DNA from: an uncultured Burkholderiales bacterium
GTDB lineage: Bacteria > Actinomycetota > Acidimicrobiia > IMCC26256 > JACPCJ01
DNA: 64,000 nt
Direction: 5' to 3'
NCBI GenBank assembly: GCA_964615175.1
Contig: CAZTOV010000003.1
Location: forward strand, 3,708 to 67,707
A program made the translations under genes and the position numbers. The notes under the pieces were generated by a model that was not told the DNA's origin, did not search any database, and saw only the letters and a list, made by a program, of their open reading frames with translations. Positions within the stretch are counted from its first letter, which is position 1. Each line of letters begins with the position of its first letter. Shown here one piece after another: positions 36,164 through 46,285 of this stretch.

Positions 36164-39100
36164 GTGCAGGTCGATGTGTTGGGCCCATTACGCGTGGCGG
36201 TCGACGGTGAGGCCGTCGAGATCGCCGCGGCCAAGGAACGCGGCATCGTCGAGATGCTCGCCCTCCGCGTGGGCCGGCCGGTTCCCGTTCTCGAACTGAT
36301 CGGCGCGCTCTGGGGGGACTCGCCGCCGCAGACAGCCCGTAAGACCCTCCAGGGCTACGTGTCTCGGCTGCGCAAGCTCCTCGGCGCACACGTGCTCGTC
36401 ACGGAGACCGGCTCGTACACGCTGGCCATCGCTCCGAGATCGGTCGACGCCCATCGCTTCGAGGCCCTGGCCGAGGAGGGCCGAACCGCGCTGGAGACGA
36501 GTGAGCCCGGGAAGGCACGCGACACGCTCAGCGAGGCGTTGAACCTCTGGCGCGGGCCGCCGATCGCGGACCTGGTCGACGGTGAGGCCTCCTCGGAGAT
36601 CGCGCGACTGGAGGAGCTGCGGCTCCATGTCGTCGAACGTCTGGCCGACGCCCGACTCGCCCTCGGACGGCACGAAGACCTCGTCGCCGATCTGGAGAGA
36701 CTCGTCGCCGAACACCCGTATCGGGAGAGCCTGTGGTCGCGTCTCATGCTCGCCCTCTATCGATGTGGTCGTCAGCGTGACGCCCTCCAGGCCTACCGGC
36801 GCGCCCGCGACCTGCTCGTGGACGAACTCGGGATCGAACCCGGCCCCGAACTCCAGCAGATGGAGCGGGCCGTGCTCGACCAGGATCCGGCGCTCGACGC
36901 CGATCGGAAACATTCACAGGCGACAACAGCGGGCCGCGAGGAGACGCCCCATCTCCCGACGGGCACCGTCACCTTCCTCATCACCGACATCGAAGGAAGC
37001 ACCCGCCGATGGCAGGAGGACGAGGCGATGGCTTGGGTCCTGGCCCGCCATGACGAGATCGTGAGGGAAATGGTGGAGTCGGATGCCGGCCACCTGCTCA
37101 AGCACGTGGGCGATGGAGCGATCGCCGTGTTCCCGACCGCAGCCGGGGCGCTCGAGAGCGCGATCCGTCTCCAGCGCGCCATCCGCCAGGAGGACTGGGG
37201 GGACGCCCCGCTCCGCGTGCGTGTCGCTGTTCACACCGGAGAGGCCGAGGAGCGCGACGGCGACTACTTCGGGCCTGCCGTCAATCTGGCGGCCCGTCTC
37301 GTTGACGCGGCCCACGGCGGACAGGTGCTCGTGTCGTCAGCCACTCAAGAAGTGGTGGGTGGAGCGCTGCCCGACGATGTCTCGCTGCTCGATCTCGGCG
37401 AGCACCGCCTCCGCGACATCGACAACTCGATGCGTGTCTTCCAGGTGCAGGCCCCCGGCGTCGAGGCTGCCTTTCCCCCACTGCGGACACCAACGGCCGC
37501 CCGGTTCCATCTGCCCGCACCCCGCAGCAGTTTCGTTGGTCGCGACGAAGATCTGACCAAGATCGCGGAACTGGTGGACACCCGACGCCTGGTGACACTC
37601 GTGGGCGTCGGAGGAGCGGGGAAGACCCGATTGGCGATCGAGGTGGCGCGACGCGCCGTCGACCGATTTCCCGACGGCGTCCACTTCGCCGATCTCTCCT
37701 CGGTGCATGACGCGGCCGGTGTCCTGCACACCGTCGCGGAAGCGCTTGGTATGCCGGACGCGGTGCCGACGTCACCGGCGGCGCCCGCGGTGGAAGAGTC
37801 ACCCATCGGTCATGTGCACGAGCGGGCCACGCTCCTCGTCCTCGACAACTGCGAGCACCTCATCGAAGAATGCGCGGCGATCGTTGACCGATTGCTGGAT
37901 GCCGCTCCACGAGTCGCGGTGCTCGCGACCAGCCGCGAAGCGCTCGGAATCGAGGGAGAGCAGTGGTGGCCTGTCGGGTCTCTGGAGCTACCCGCCACCG
38001 ACACCCCAGGTGAGCGCGCCGATGCCACCGAGGCGATGCGGCTGCTGGTCCAGCGCATCCAGGCCGTGCGGCCCGGCTTCGAGGTCGACGTTGACACGAG
38101 GGCCGCCCTCGTTGACATCTGTGTCGGACTCGACGGGATTCCGCTGGCGCTCGAATTGGCCGCCGGCCGGGCCGCACATCTCAGCCCTCGCGAGATCGCA
38201 GACCGACTCGAACATCGCCTGTCTCTGCTGACCGGGGGCCGCGGGCGTGTCCCCCGCCAGCAGACCCTGCACGCGACGCTCGACTGGAGCTACGACCTCC
38301 TCGACGCCGAGGAGCAGGTCGTCCTGCGCCGCCTCTCGGTCTTCTCCGGGGGGTTCACGCTCGACGCGGTCGAAGGGGTCTGCACCGCTGCCCTGGACGC
38401 ATCGGCAGGCGACGTTCTCGCGTCGCTCGTCGAGAGGTCGCTCGTGGCCCGGGTGGACGAGGAAGGTCGCAGCCGGTATCGGCTGCTCGAGACGATCCGC
38501 CTCTATGCCGACGAGAAGCTCGTCGAGGCTCGCGAAGTGGAGTCCACCCGATCACGCCATCGCGACCACTTCCTCGGCCTCCTCGAGACCGAACCGTGGG
38601 ATCGGTGCCTGCTGAGCGAGCCGTTCGGCCGGGAGATGGCCCCCGATGGAGGCAATCTGCGCGCCGCGTTCGAATGGTGCCACGTACAGAAGCGCCCCGA
38701 CCTCCTCCGCCGCCTGCTGCTCCGGATCCCGCTCGGCCTCCAGAACTCGGAGGCCTTCGCCGTCGGAAGCCCGTGGTTCGATCGGGCGGTCGAGTACGAA
38801 CGGACGCTTCCACGTCGGGAATGGGTGTGCCATCTCATCGGCCAGGTGGTCGCCAACAACCTCCAGTGGACGGGTGACCTGAAGCCTGCCGAGGCCGGCA
38901 TTCGCGAGATCGAAGAGATCGTGGATGCGCTACCCGATGGGACTCCGGCGACCGCGTACGGCTACTTCGCCCACGCCTACCGCTTGTCGACGTTCGGCGT
39001 CGAACGTGCGCAGGAGATGGAGCAGAGCTGCGATCGGGCCATCGAGCATGCCGGGGCCGCGGTCCCCCTCGTACGTCTGTGGGCTTCGGCAGTCAAGTCG

Positions 39101-39697
39101 ATCGCCCTTCTCTACCTGGGACGCTCGGACAGCGCCGCCGCTCTGCTCGAAGATGTCCGACACTCCGATGAGTGGGATGCGGATTCCGAAACACCCTGGA
39201 TCGCGCTTCCTCTGAGCGTGGCCCACTATCTCGAAGGCAGCCCATCGGAGGCGCTGGACGCCCTCGCGACAGATCTCTCGCTCGCGGACACGTGGAAGCG
39301 CACGGGCGAGATCGTCCGTGTCGCCGCACTGGGGGCGCTCGGACGGCTCGACGAAGCCCACAGGGTGCTCCACGACACCATCGCGTGGGTGCGGAACAGC
39401 GGCTGGGCACACCCGCTGGCCGGCGCCGACTGTCTCGCCGGATGTGCCGTCCTTGCGGCCCTGGAGGGGGATACGGAACGTGCGTCGCGACTCGCAGCAG
39501 CCGGTCGGATCACGTCGGTGCCGTGGCCCGCTCTGCTCGTGAGGCACCATGTGGAACTCCTGGCTGAGGAACTCGACCGCGAGACGCGCCAACGCTGCAT
39601 CGAAGAGGGGCGCTCCCTGGACGTCGACGACGCCCTCGGCGCCGAGTTCGCACGCTGGAAGCACGCGGGCACTCCCGCGTCCGAATCCCGCACATAA
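36164..39697 (+). CDS. SARP wHTH-BTAD / class III nucleotidyl cyclase / STAND ATPase / TPR regulator (paralog 1)
   Basis: Likely GTG 36164 (VQVDVLGPLRV; the ORF opens at 36053). BTAD (LWRGPPIADL..YRCGRQRDALQAYR). Cyclase motifs FLITDIEGST, GDGAIAVF, GPAVNLAARL. P-loop GVGGAGKTRLA. Helical-repeat C-terminus. Confidence 0.85.
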   Translation: MQVDVLGPLRVAVDGEAVEIAAAKERGIVEMLALRVGRPVPVLELIGALWGDSPPQTARKTLQGYVSRLRKLLGAHVLVTETGSYTLAIAPRSVDAHRFEALAEEGRTALETSEPGKARDTLSEALNLWRGPPIADLVDGEASSEIARLEELRLHVVERLADARLALGRHEDLVADLERLVAEHPYRESLWSRLMLALYRCGRQRDALQAYRRARDLLVDELGIEPGPELQQMERAVLDQDPALDADRKHSQATTAGREETPHLPTGTVTFLITDIEGSTRRWQEDEAMAWVLARHDEIVREMVESDAGHLLKHVGDGAIAVFPTAAGALESAIRLQRAIRQEDWGDAPLRVRVAVHTGEAEERDGDYFGPAVNLAARLVDAAHGGQVLVSSATQEVVGGALPDDVSLLDLGEHRLRDIDNSMRVFQVQAPGVEAAFPPLRTPTAARFHLPAPRSSFVGRDEDLTKIAELVDTRRLVTLVGVGGAGKTRLAIEVARRAVDRFPDGVHFADLSSVHDAAGVLHTVAEALGMPDAVPTSPAAPAVEESPIGHVHERATLLVLDNCEHLIEECAAIVDRLLDAAPRVAVLATSREALGIEGEQWWPVGSLELPATDTPGERADATEAMRLLVQRIQAVRPGFEVDVDTRAALVDICVGLDGIPLALELAAGRAAHLSPREIADRLEHRLSLLTGGRGRVPRQQTLHATLDWSYDLLDAEEQVVLRRLSVFSGGFTLDAVEGVCTAALDASAGDVLASLVERSLVARVDEEGRSRYRLLETIRLYADEKLVEAREVESTRSRHRDHFLGLLETEPWDRCLLSEPFGREMAPDGGNLRAAFEWCHVQKRPDLLRRLLLRIPLGLQNSEAFAVGSPWFDRAVEYERTLPRREWVCHLIGQVVANNLQWTGDLKPAEAGIREIEEIVDALPDGTPATAYGYFAHAYRLSTFGVERAQEMEQSCDRAIEHAGAAVPLVRLWASAVKSIALLYLGRSDSAAALLEDVRHSDEWDADSETPWIALPLSVAHYLEGSPSEALDALATDLSLADTWKRTGEIVRVAALGALGRLDEAHRVLHDTIAWVRNSGWAHPLAGADCLAGCAVLAALEGDTERASRLAAAGRITSVPWPALLVRHHVELLAEELDRETRQRCIEEGRSLDVDDALGAEFARWKHAGTPASESRT

Positions 39698-39996
39698 CGA
39701 CTCGCGAGGCTCGGGTCAGAGCCGTCGGTCATGTGTCGACGGTTCTTCAGGCATGCCCCCGATCTCTTCCCCGCGATCACGTTCACGCCACCGGAGCGTG
39801 GTGATTTCCCAAGGCGGGAATCGGCGCGGATCCCCCCGCTCCCGTGGCATCGAACGCGGGAGGCGACGCATGCGTCACCGGTTCACGTTCGTCGAAGCTG
39901 CCGATATGCGCAGTTGGGGTACGCCGGTCAGGCAGTCGTGCCGGTGCCCGGTGCCCTGTCATGAGGAACCCGGATATCCGGCACGCGGGGGCGGAA

Positions 39997-40494
39997 TCAC
40001 GGACGGGCCGCGTCTCCCGCGTTTCCGAGCTGCGGAGCGATCGTCGGGTTCGGGTGGGCGAGCATGGCGATGCGGTCCAGCTCGTCGCGCATCGTCCGGC
40101 TCACGTACCGTCCCCAGAACCGCGCAACCCAGCGGATCCAACGGTGGAACCGGTAGTGCTCGTAGTGCACGATGACGCAGGTTGCCCCGTGGTCGACCAC
40201 CCGGAAGCCGCCCTCGACATGGACGATGCCGCGGATGGGCGCCTGGCTGGTGCTGTGGAATCCCGTGGGGTGCAGCTCGTAGTCGAACGACCCCCGCCAC
40301 GGCACGATCCCGAAGAGCCGCCCGCGCACGGTGTACGTTCCCTGCGTCTCGTCGGTCGGCGTCACGTTGACGTTCCTGACCTTGCGTTCCCAGACGGGAA
40401 GGCTCGCCAGGTGCTGGACCACCTCGACGGCACGATGCGCCGGCGCCGTGACCTGACGCTCCCGGCGCACCACGACCGGTGACGGCGCGCTCAC
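39997..40494 (-). CDS. SRPBCC (START/cyclase-dehydrase fold) family protein
   Basis: GTG 40494 overlaps the upstream stop (GTGA). Sequence pattern typical of polyketide cyclase/SRPBCC proteins. The ORF track gives a longer version starting at 40554. Confidence 0.6.
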   Translation of the reverse strand: MSAPSPVVVRRERQVTAPAHRAVEVVQHLASLPVWERKVRNVNVTPTDETQGTYTVRGRLFGIVPWRGSFDYELHPTGFHSTSQAPIRGIVHVEGGFRVVDHGATCVIVHYEHYRFHRWIRWVARFWGRYVSRTMRDELDRIAMLAHPNPTIAPQLGNAGDAARP

Positions 40495-41099
40495 GGCGTC
40501 ACCCCCGATCTGCCGGCGATACCGCCCGCCTGTGCGGCCAATGCCGTGGCCCACTCGTCGACGTCGATCGGCGACGGACCAGGCCCACTGAGGAACACGA
40601 CCCGGCCGTCCGTTCCGATGACGTACAGGCGTGAGGGTGCCGCCCGGTATGCCGCGCCGACCCGGTCGTCGAGGTCGTCGACCGCCAACGGCAGTGTGAG
40701 CCCGAGGGCGGCTGCCGACTCGCGGGCCACACGCGCTCGTTCTGTGAGGCTGTGCTGGACTCGACGGCGCATCCCGTCGGCGTGGTTGTGAGGCAAATGC
40801 TGTTCGTCGGCGGGGTGCGCCTCACGGAGGTAGACCCAGCGGAAATCGACAGCACCGTCGAGCCGCGGAGCCGCGCGGTGGATCGCCGGCGCGGCTATCC
40901 GGAGCGCCGGGCACGTCACCGACCCGAATACGACACCCACCGGGCGTGGTCCGACGGTCCCGATGTCGACGCGGGCGCCGATGGATCCGTCGTCGGTCAC
41001 GCCGGCGAGCGTGAAGACCGGTGCTCTCATGCCCGCCCGGGGTGACCGGTCGTCGCGGGGACGCATCGTGCTCGTCGGGAGCCCCGTGCACCCGTTCAC
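40491..41099 (-). CDS. Thioredoxin-fold, iodothyronine-deiodinase-like redoxin
   Basis: 202 aa. VVFGSVTCPALR resembles the deiodinase FGSxT(C/U)P active site. GTG 41099 overlaps the upstream stop (GTGA). Confidence 0.55.
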   Translation of the reverse strand: MNGCTGLPTSTMRPRDDRSPRAGMRAPVFTLAGVTDDGSIGARVDIGTVGPRPVGVVFGSVTCPALRIAAPAIHRAAPRLDGAVDFRWVYLREAHPADEQHLPHNHADGMRRRVQHSLTERARVARESAAALGLTLPLAVDDLDDRVGAAYRAAPSRLYVIGTDGRVVFLSGPGPSPIDVDEWATALAAQAGGIAGRSGVTP

Positions 41100-41443
41100 G
41101 ACTTCGTCCCGACGTCGGTCGCCTTCCTCCCGGGGAGCAACAGCTCACCGGTGGACGCGTCGAGCGAGCCGACGACGTCGTGGTAGGTCACTTCGAGTTC
41201 GGAACCCCCGAAGAGCGTGGCGATGCGATTGGCGAACTCGTCTCCGTAGGCGGCCTCCGCCTGCTCTTGCTCGTCCCACACGTAGAACCCCACGGCTTGG
41301 TTGGGGTCATCGGTCACGACGTAGTACTTGTGCCGCAAGCCGCGCCTGCCCACCCAGGCGGCAGCCGTCCCTTCGATCATGTCCTGGATGTCGTCTTTGC
41401 TCTGGGGCTCGGAGAACCGCCAGCGCACCTCTGCGATCACCAT
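41096..41443 (-). CDS. Small ABM/YdhR-like monooxygenase-fold protein
   Basis: 115 aa. First gene of the three-gene coupled operon. Assigned only from length and overall sequence pattern. Confidence 0.5.
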   Translation of the reverse strand: MVIAEVRWRFSEPQSKDDIQDMIEGTAAAWVGRRGLRHKYYVVTDDPNQAVGFYVWDEQEQAEAAYGDEFANRIATLFGGSELEVTYHDVVGSLDASTGELLLPGRKATDVGTKS

Positions 41444-41544
41444 GTGTGCTCCCTTTCCTGGTTCGTCCGGCCGGGCACAGGCTTCGTGCCCGCCTGTTGG
41501 GTACCGTGCGGGTCGGAGGTCGCAGATCGGTTGCGGGTGGGTAG

Positions 41545-44500
41545 ATGGTCCGAGGTGCGGGTGGGGGCGCGATCGAACCCGTCGTGAACGTGTTGGGGCC
41601 GCTCATGGTGCGGGCGGGCGCGCGCGAGGTGTCCGTGCCTGGTCGTCGCGAGGGGATCGTGCTCGCGGCCCTGGCGATGGACTTCCCGAGGCCGGTGGGC
41701 GTCGACGCGCTCGTCGACCTGTTGTGGGGAGACGAGCCGCCCCGCACGGCGGAGAAGACGCTCCAGACATACATGTCACGTCTGCGGAGGCTGGACGCCG
41801 GGCTGACGATCGAACGCGTCGAGCGCTCCTACGTGTTGCGGTTCGAGGACGGTGACGTCGACGTCACGCGCTTTCGTCAGTTGGTCGCAGACGCGGACGG
41901 CCTCGACGCACCCGCGCGCCGCGACCGGCTGGCCGACGCACTCTCGTTGTGGCGCGCCGACGAGCCGGCTGACCTCGGTGACACGATCGCTGCCGCCACC
42001 CGGCGCTCCGGCCTCGTCGAAGAGCGCGTGGCGGCCGTCGAGGCCCGCATCGACGCCGACCTCGAGCTGGGCCGGGCGGCCGAAGTGGTTGCCAAGCTCG
42101 AGACGTTGGTGTCGAGCCATCCCTACCGGGAGCGCCTCTGGGCCGCGCTGATGCTCGCCCTGTACCGCACGCGGCGCCAGGCCGACGCGCTGGCCGCCTA
42201 TCAGCGTGCACGGGAACGGCTGGGCGACGACCGGGGCCTTGATCCGTCGCCCCACCTGAAGGACCTCGAACGCCGGATCGTTGCCCACGACCCCACCCTG
42301 GAGGCACCCGGTCGACGTGGCGAGGGTGCATCAGCGGGAAGGGCGGGTGGCCCGGTCGACGAATCGCCCCGCGTGCTGACCTTTCTGTTCACCGATATCG
42401 AAGATTCGACACCCCTCTGGGAGCGAGAGACCGACGGGATGGCCGACGCCATCGTCGGTCATCACCGCATCGTCACCGAAGCGGTCACCGCTAGCGAAGG
42501 CAGGGTCTTCAGCACCGGCGGCGATTCCTTCGCCGCCGTCTTCGATCGCCCCGACGACGCCGTCGAGGCCGCGGTCGCCACCCAAACCGCGCTCGAGGGC
42601 GCGACCTGGTCGACCTCGGAGCCGCTCAGGGTCCGGATCGGTCTGCATGCGGGCGTCGCCATCGAGCGCGATCACGACTTCTTCGGCCCGGTGGTGAACG
42701 AGGCCGCCCGGGTCATGTCGGCCGGCCACGGCGGTCAGGTGCTCATGACCGAAGCCGTTCGCCAGCTCTGCCCGAGCGCTGCCACGAAGCTCCTCGGGGT
42801 CTTCGAGCTGCGAGGCGTGAAGCGAGCGGTCGAGATCCACCAGCTCGTGGTCGACGGACTCGCGCGCGAGTTCCCACCGCTGCGTGCCGTCCCGTCCAGC
42901 ACGCGCCGCTGGGTCGTCTCCGACGCACCTCTGATCGGTCGAGACCGCGACGTCGACGACGTCGTCGGCGCCTTGGGCGATGCGCGCGTTGTCACGTTGG
43001 TCGGTCCCGGCGGGGTCGGGAAGACCAGCGTCGCTCATCGGGTGGCATCGGAGCTCCGTTCCGATCGTCACGTTGTCCTGGCCGGACTGGTGGGCGACGA
43101 CGAAGCCGGCGTCGCGTTCACGGTCGCAGCCACCGCGGGGTTCTCGGTGCCCACGGGAGCCGACCCGATCGCGCATTTGGTGACGTCGTTCGGCGCCAGC
43201 CGCATGCTCCTCGTGCTCGACAACTGCGAGCACGTGCTCGCAGCGGTGCGCGAGCTCGCCGAGGCCGTCGTCAGCGGGTGCGCCGACGTACGGATCCTGG
43301 CCACCAGCAGAGAGGTACTGGGCGTCGGCTCCGAACGGGTGATCGACATCCCGCCCCTCATCGCCGACGATGAAACCTCTCCCGCGGTCGCGCTGCTGAT
43401 CGCCCGCGCGACCGAGGCGGACCCGACGTTCTCGGCCACCGGCCAGCTGGACGCGTTGACGAAGATCTGCCGGCAACTCGACGGCCTGCCACTCGCGATC
43501 GAGCTGGCCGCCGCGCGCCTGCGGACCATCAGTGCCGTCGACCTGGCCGACCGACTCGAGCAACGGCGCTGGCTGGTCGACTCCGAGCGCACACAGGACG
43601 GTCGATCGCGAAGCCTTCGAGCGACGATCGCCTGGTCGCACGACCTACTCGACGAGAGCGAACGCACCGTGTTCCGTCGCCTGGCGCCGCTCGTCGCGAC
43701 CTTCGACCTCGACACCGCCGAACAGCTCGCCGCCGATGGCGACCTCCACCCCGTCGACGTCACGCAGGCCATCCTCTCGCTCGTCGACCGTTCGCTCCTG
43801 GTCGCCGACGGTGGACGCTTCCACTTCCTCGACACCATCCGCTCGTACGCCGAGGACCAGCTCAGACACGCGGGAGAGGAGGAAGCCTGGCGCGACCGCC
43901 ATGCCGAACTCGTCATCGAGCAGCTGAGCCGTCTCGAGACCGTTCGCCGCGGGCGAGAGGAACACCAGGCCGTCCTCGACTTCGGCAACCTCACCGACGA
44001 CCTGCGGGCCGCCCTCCGCTGGACGTCGCGTTCGGGCAATGCCGAGGGTGTCGATCGGCTCGTCGACGGCAGCATCTGGTTTGTGTACTGGTCGCTGCGG
44101 GCCGACCTCTTCGACCTCTATCGAGAGGTGGTCGACCACCTGGACGAGGCGTCGATCGTCGTCGGACCTCACCTACTCGGGGCCGTGGCCCTGGGCGCCG
44201 TCCACCGCGGCGACCTCAACGCCGCCGGCTCCCTTGCCCGCCGGTCCTGGGAAGCCGGGATGGAGGCCGGCCATGGCGGCTCGGAGCTCGGCGCCTACGC
44301 CATGGTGCACCGCGCACTCCGGCAAGGGGACTTCGCCGCGGTCAGCGAATGGTCAGAACGCCTCATCGAGCTGGGAACCGACACCTATGCCCTCCGGGCG
44401 TGGCAGGTCATGCAAGCGGCCGCGCTCGGCTACGCGGGCAAACCGCAGCGCGGGCTCGCTCGCCTCGACGAACTCACCCGAGAACGGCCCGCAAGTCACA

Positions 44501-45024
44501 TCACCGGAACCGACGCCGCTCTGGTGCACTTCACCCGCGGGGAACTCCTCTCGCAGCTCGACCCCGACGCGGCCATCGCGCCCCTCCAAGCCGCCATCGA
44601 CGCCGCCGGCCCCCTCCAGAACCGGCTCCTTCTCGGGGCAGCCTCCGTCACCCTCGCCTCCCTCGCAGCCCGGAGCGACGACACGGTGGGCGCCCTGTCG
44701 GCCTTCGCAGACCTCATCGAATACTGGTCGGACCATCGGGCCGCTCCGCACCGATGGACCGTGCTCCGCAACCTCGTCGAACTCCTCGCCCGCGCCGGCC
44801 ACGGCGATGACGCACTCGTGCTCCATCACGCCGCCGAGTCGTCCGCGTCCGCCCCGGCGATGTTCGGTGATCAGCAAGAGCGGTTCGGCCGCCTCATTGC
44901 GGGGGTCGAACGCTCGGTCGGCGTCGAGCCAGCGGCCCAGGCCTCCCGGCGGGGCCGGGCGCTCGCCGACACCGAGGTCTTCGACTACGCGTCAGCCGCC
45001 ATCGCTCGCATCCTCGAAACTTGA
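41545..45024 (+). CDS. SARP wHTH-BTAD / class III nucleotidyl cyclase / STAND ATPase / TPR regulator (paralog 2)
   Basis: 1159 aa (alternative GTG 41584, VNVLGPLMV). BTAD LWRADEPADL..YRTRRQADALAAYQ. Cyclase FLFTDIEDST, GGDSFAAVF, GPVVNEAARV. P-loop GPGGVGKTSVA. Confidence 0.85.
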   Translation: MVRGAGGGAIEPVVNVLGPLMVRAGAREVSVPGRREGIVLAALAMDFPRPVGVDALVDLLWGDEPPRTAEKTLQTYMSRLRRLDAGLTIERVERSYVLRFEDGDVDVTRFRQLVADADGLDAPARRDRLADALSLWRADEPADLGDTIAAATRRSGLVEERVAAVEARIDADLELGRAAEVVAKLETLVSSHPYRERLWAALMLALYRTRRQADALAAYQRARERLGDDRGLDPSPHLKDLERRIVAHDPTLEAPGRRGEGASAGRAGGPVDESPRVLTFLFTDIEDSTPLWERETDGMADAIVGHHRIVTEAVTASEGRVFSTGGDSFAAVFDRPDDAVEAAVATQTALEGATWSTSEPLRVRIGLHAGVAIERDHDFFGPVVNEAARVMSAGHGGQVLMTEAVRQLCPSAATKLLGVFELRGVKRAVEIHQLVVDGLAREFPPLRAVPSSTRRWVVSDAPLIGRDRDVDDVVGALGDARVVTLVGPGGVGKTSVAHRVASELRSDRHVVLAGLVGDDEAGVAFTVAATAGFSVPTGADPIAHLVTSFGASRMLLVLDNCEHVLAAVRELAEAVVSGCADVRILATSREVLGVGSERVIDIPPLIADDETSPAVALLIARATEADPTFSATGQLDALTKICRQLDGLPLAIELAAARLRTISAVDLADRLEQRRWLVDSERTQDGRSRSLRATIAWSHDLLDESERTVFRRLAPLVATFDLDTAEQLAADGDLHPVDVTQAILSLVDRSLLVADGGRFHFLDTIRSYAEDQLRHAGEEEAWRDRHAELVIEQLSRLETVRRGREEHQAVLDFGNLTDDLRAALRWTSRSGNAEGVDRLVDGSIWFVYWSLRADLFDLYREVVDHLDEASIVVGPHLLGAVALGAVHRGDLNAAGSLARRSWEAGMEAGHGGSELGAYAMVHRALRQGDFAAVSEWSERLIELGTDTYALRAWQVMQAAALGYAGKPQRGLARLDELTRERPASHITGTDAALVHFTRGELLSQLDPDAAIAPLQAAIDAAGPLQNRLLLGAASVTLASLAARSDDTVGALSAFADLIEYWSDHRAAPHRWTVLRNLVELLARAGHGDDALVLHHAAESSASAPAMFGDQQERFGRLIAGVERSVGVEPAAQASRRGRALADTEVFDYASAAIARILET

Positions 45025-45130
45025 CACCCCGTCTGATTTCAGATGCACGGCGCGCCCATGGCGCTTGGCAAGGAACCACAGTCTGGAGTTGACCCGGCTT
45101 CCTGGACACGGTCGGCTCCAGGTTTTGTCC

Positions 45131-45253
45131 GTCGCCTGATGACTCGCGGGGTTTCGGACCGATACTCCGCACGGTCCGTCGCTGGTAGCACAGGGCGGGG
45201 GTGATGGGTGCCTGACGGCCGTGCACAGCGCTCGGTGCGCGGATAACTGTGGG
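45131..45253. repeat. Chimeric junction: right-arm-like plus left-arm-like island end sequences
   Basis: 45131-45200 aligns ungapped with 60061-60130 (54/70; 28/30 over the first 30 nt). 45199-45253 aligns with 14635-14689 (49/55). The tRNA-derived core is absent between the two parts. Confidence 0.75.
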
Positions 45254-45399
45254 GGCGAGGTTGGCTCCCGCCTCCTCATGGAGCTGCCGGTGTGGCGGGC
45301 GAGGTGGTCCTTCCCGGCCTACAGCCCTCGGCTGCGGACGCTCAGATCACGCCCGATACACCAACGTTCTGACAGGCCCCGGTCTGCGAAACTCCCGTC

Positions 45400-46245
45400 G
45401 TGCGTGACACGAAGCCTTCGCCCTCAGCGCAGACAGTGGCAATGGCTCGAGCCCACCTCCATCGCCTCGGATTCATCGACGACCCCTGGGCGCAGAGCTT
45501 CCTCACACCGAGATACCGGCGACTTGCGCTCGCGCTGCGCCGACGCCCGCTCACTCGTTACGGGCGGGGTCCGTCGTTCTCGTTCCTGGCTGCGCGCACG
45601 CGATTTTTCGACGACGTCGTCACCGGTGCTGCCGACGACGGTGTCCGCCAGGTGGTCATTGTCGGAGCCGGATACGACTCACGTGCGCGACGGCTCGCCC
45701 GGCCGTCGCTGAACTTCTTCGAGGTCGACCATCCCGCAACGCAGGCGCACAAGCGGCGAATGGCACCCGCCCACATTGCCGTCTGGGTCCCCGTGGATCT
45801 GGCGAGCGACTCGGTGGCGGGCGCGCTCGAGGTGGCCGGGCTGGACACGGCGCAGCCGACCGTCTTCGTCGTCGAGGGGCTCACGATGTACCTGGATGAG
45901 GCGCACGTCGAAAGCGTGTTCGGCGAGCTGGCAAGGTTGGCTCCACCCGGCAGTCACTTGGCCGCGAACTTCACCGGTCGGGGTGGCGGTGCCGTGTCAC
46001 CGGCGTCCCGCATCGCCGCCCATGTCATTCGAACGACGTGGCGGATCCGGGGAGAGCCGACCCGCTACTGGGCGACACGTGAGAACGCGGTGGCCCTTCT
46101 CGTTCGGACCGGCTGGGAGCCGACCGAGATCCTCGACGGTCCGGAGGTTGTCTCCCGGTACCTCTGCGGAACAGCGATGGCGACGACCGGTGTGAACAGC
46201 GAGGTCTTCTGTGTGTCGGCCCGCCGTCGACCTGTGCACCCCTGA
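45400..46245 (+). CDS. SAM-dependent methyltransferase (LCMT / mycobacterial O-methyltransferase-like family)
   Basis: 281 aa, GTG start. VVIVGAGYDSRA, VFVVEGLTMYL. Confidence 0.8.
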   Translation: MRDTKPSPSAQTVAMARAHLHRLGFIDDPWAQSFLTPRYRRLALALRRRPLTRYGRGPSFSFLAARTRFFDDVVTGAADDGVRQVVIVGAGYDSRARRLARPSLNFFEVDHPATQAHKRRMAPAHIAVWVPVDLASDSVAGALEVAGLDTAQPTVFVVEGLTMYLDEAHVESVFGELARLAPPGSHLAANFTGRGGGAVSPASRIAAHVIRTTWRIRGEPTRYWATRENAVALLVRTGWEPTEILDGPEVVSRYLCGTAMATTGVNSEVFCVSARRRPVHP

Positions 46246-46285
46246 GCGGCAGTGCCCATTCATTCCGCATACGCAGGCGAACGCG

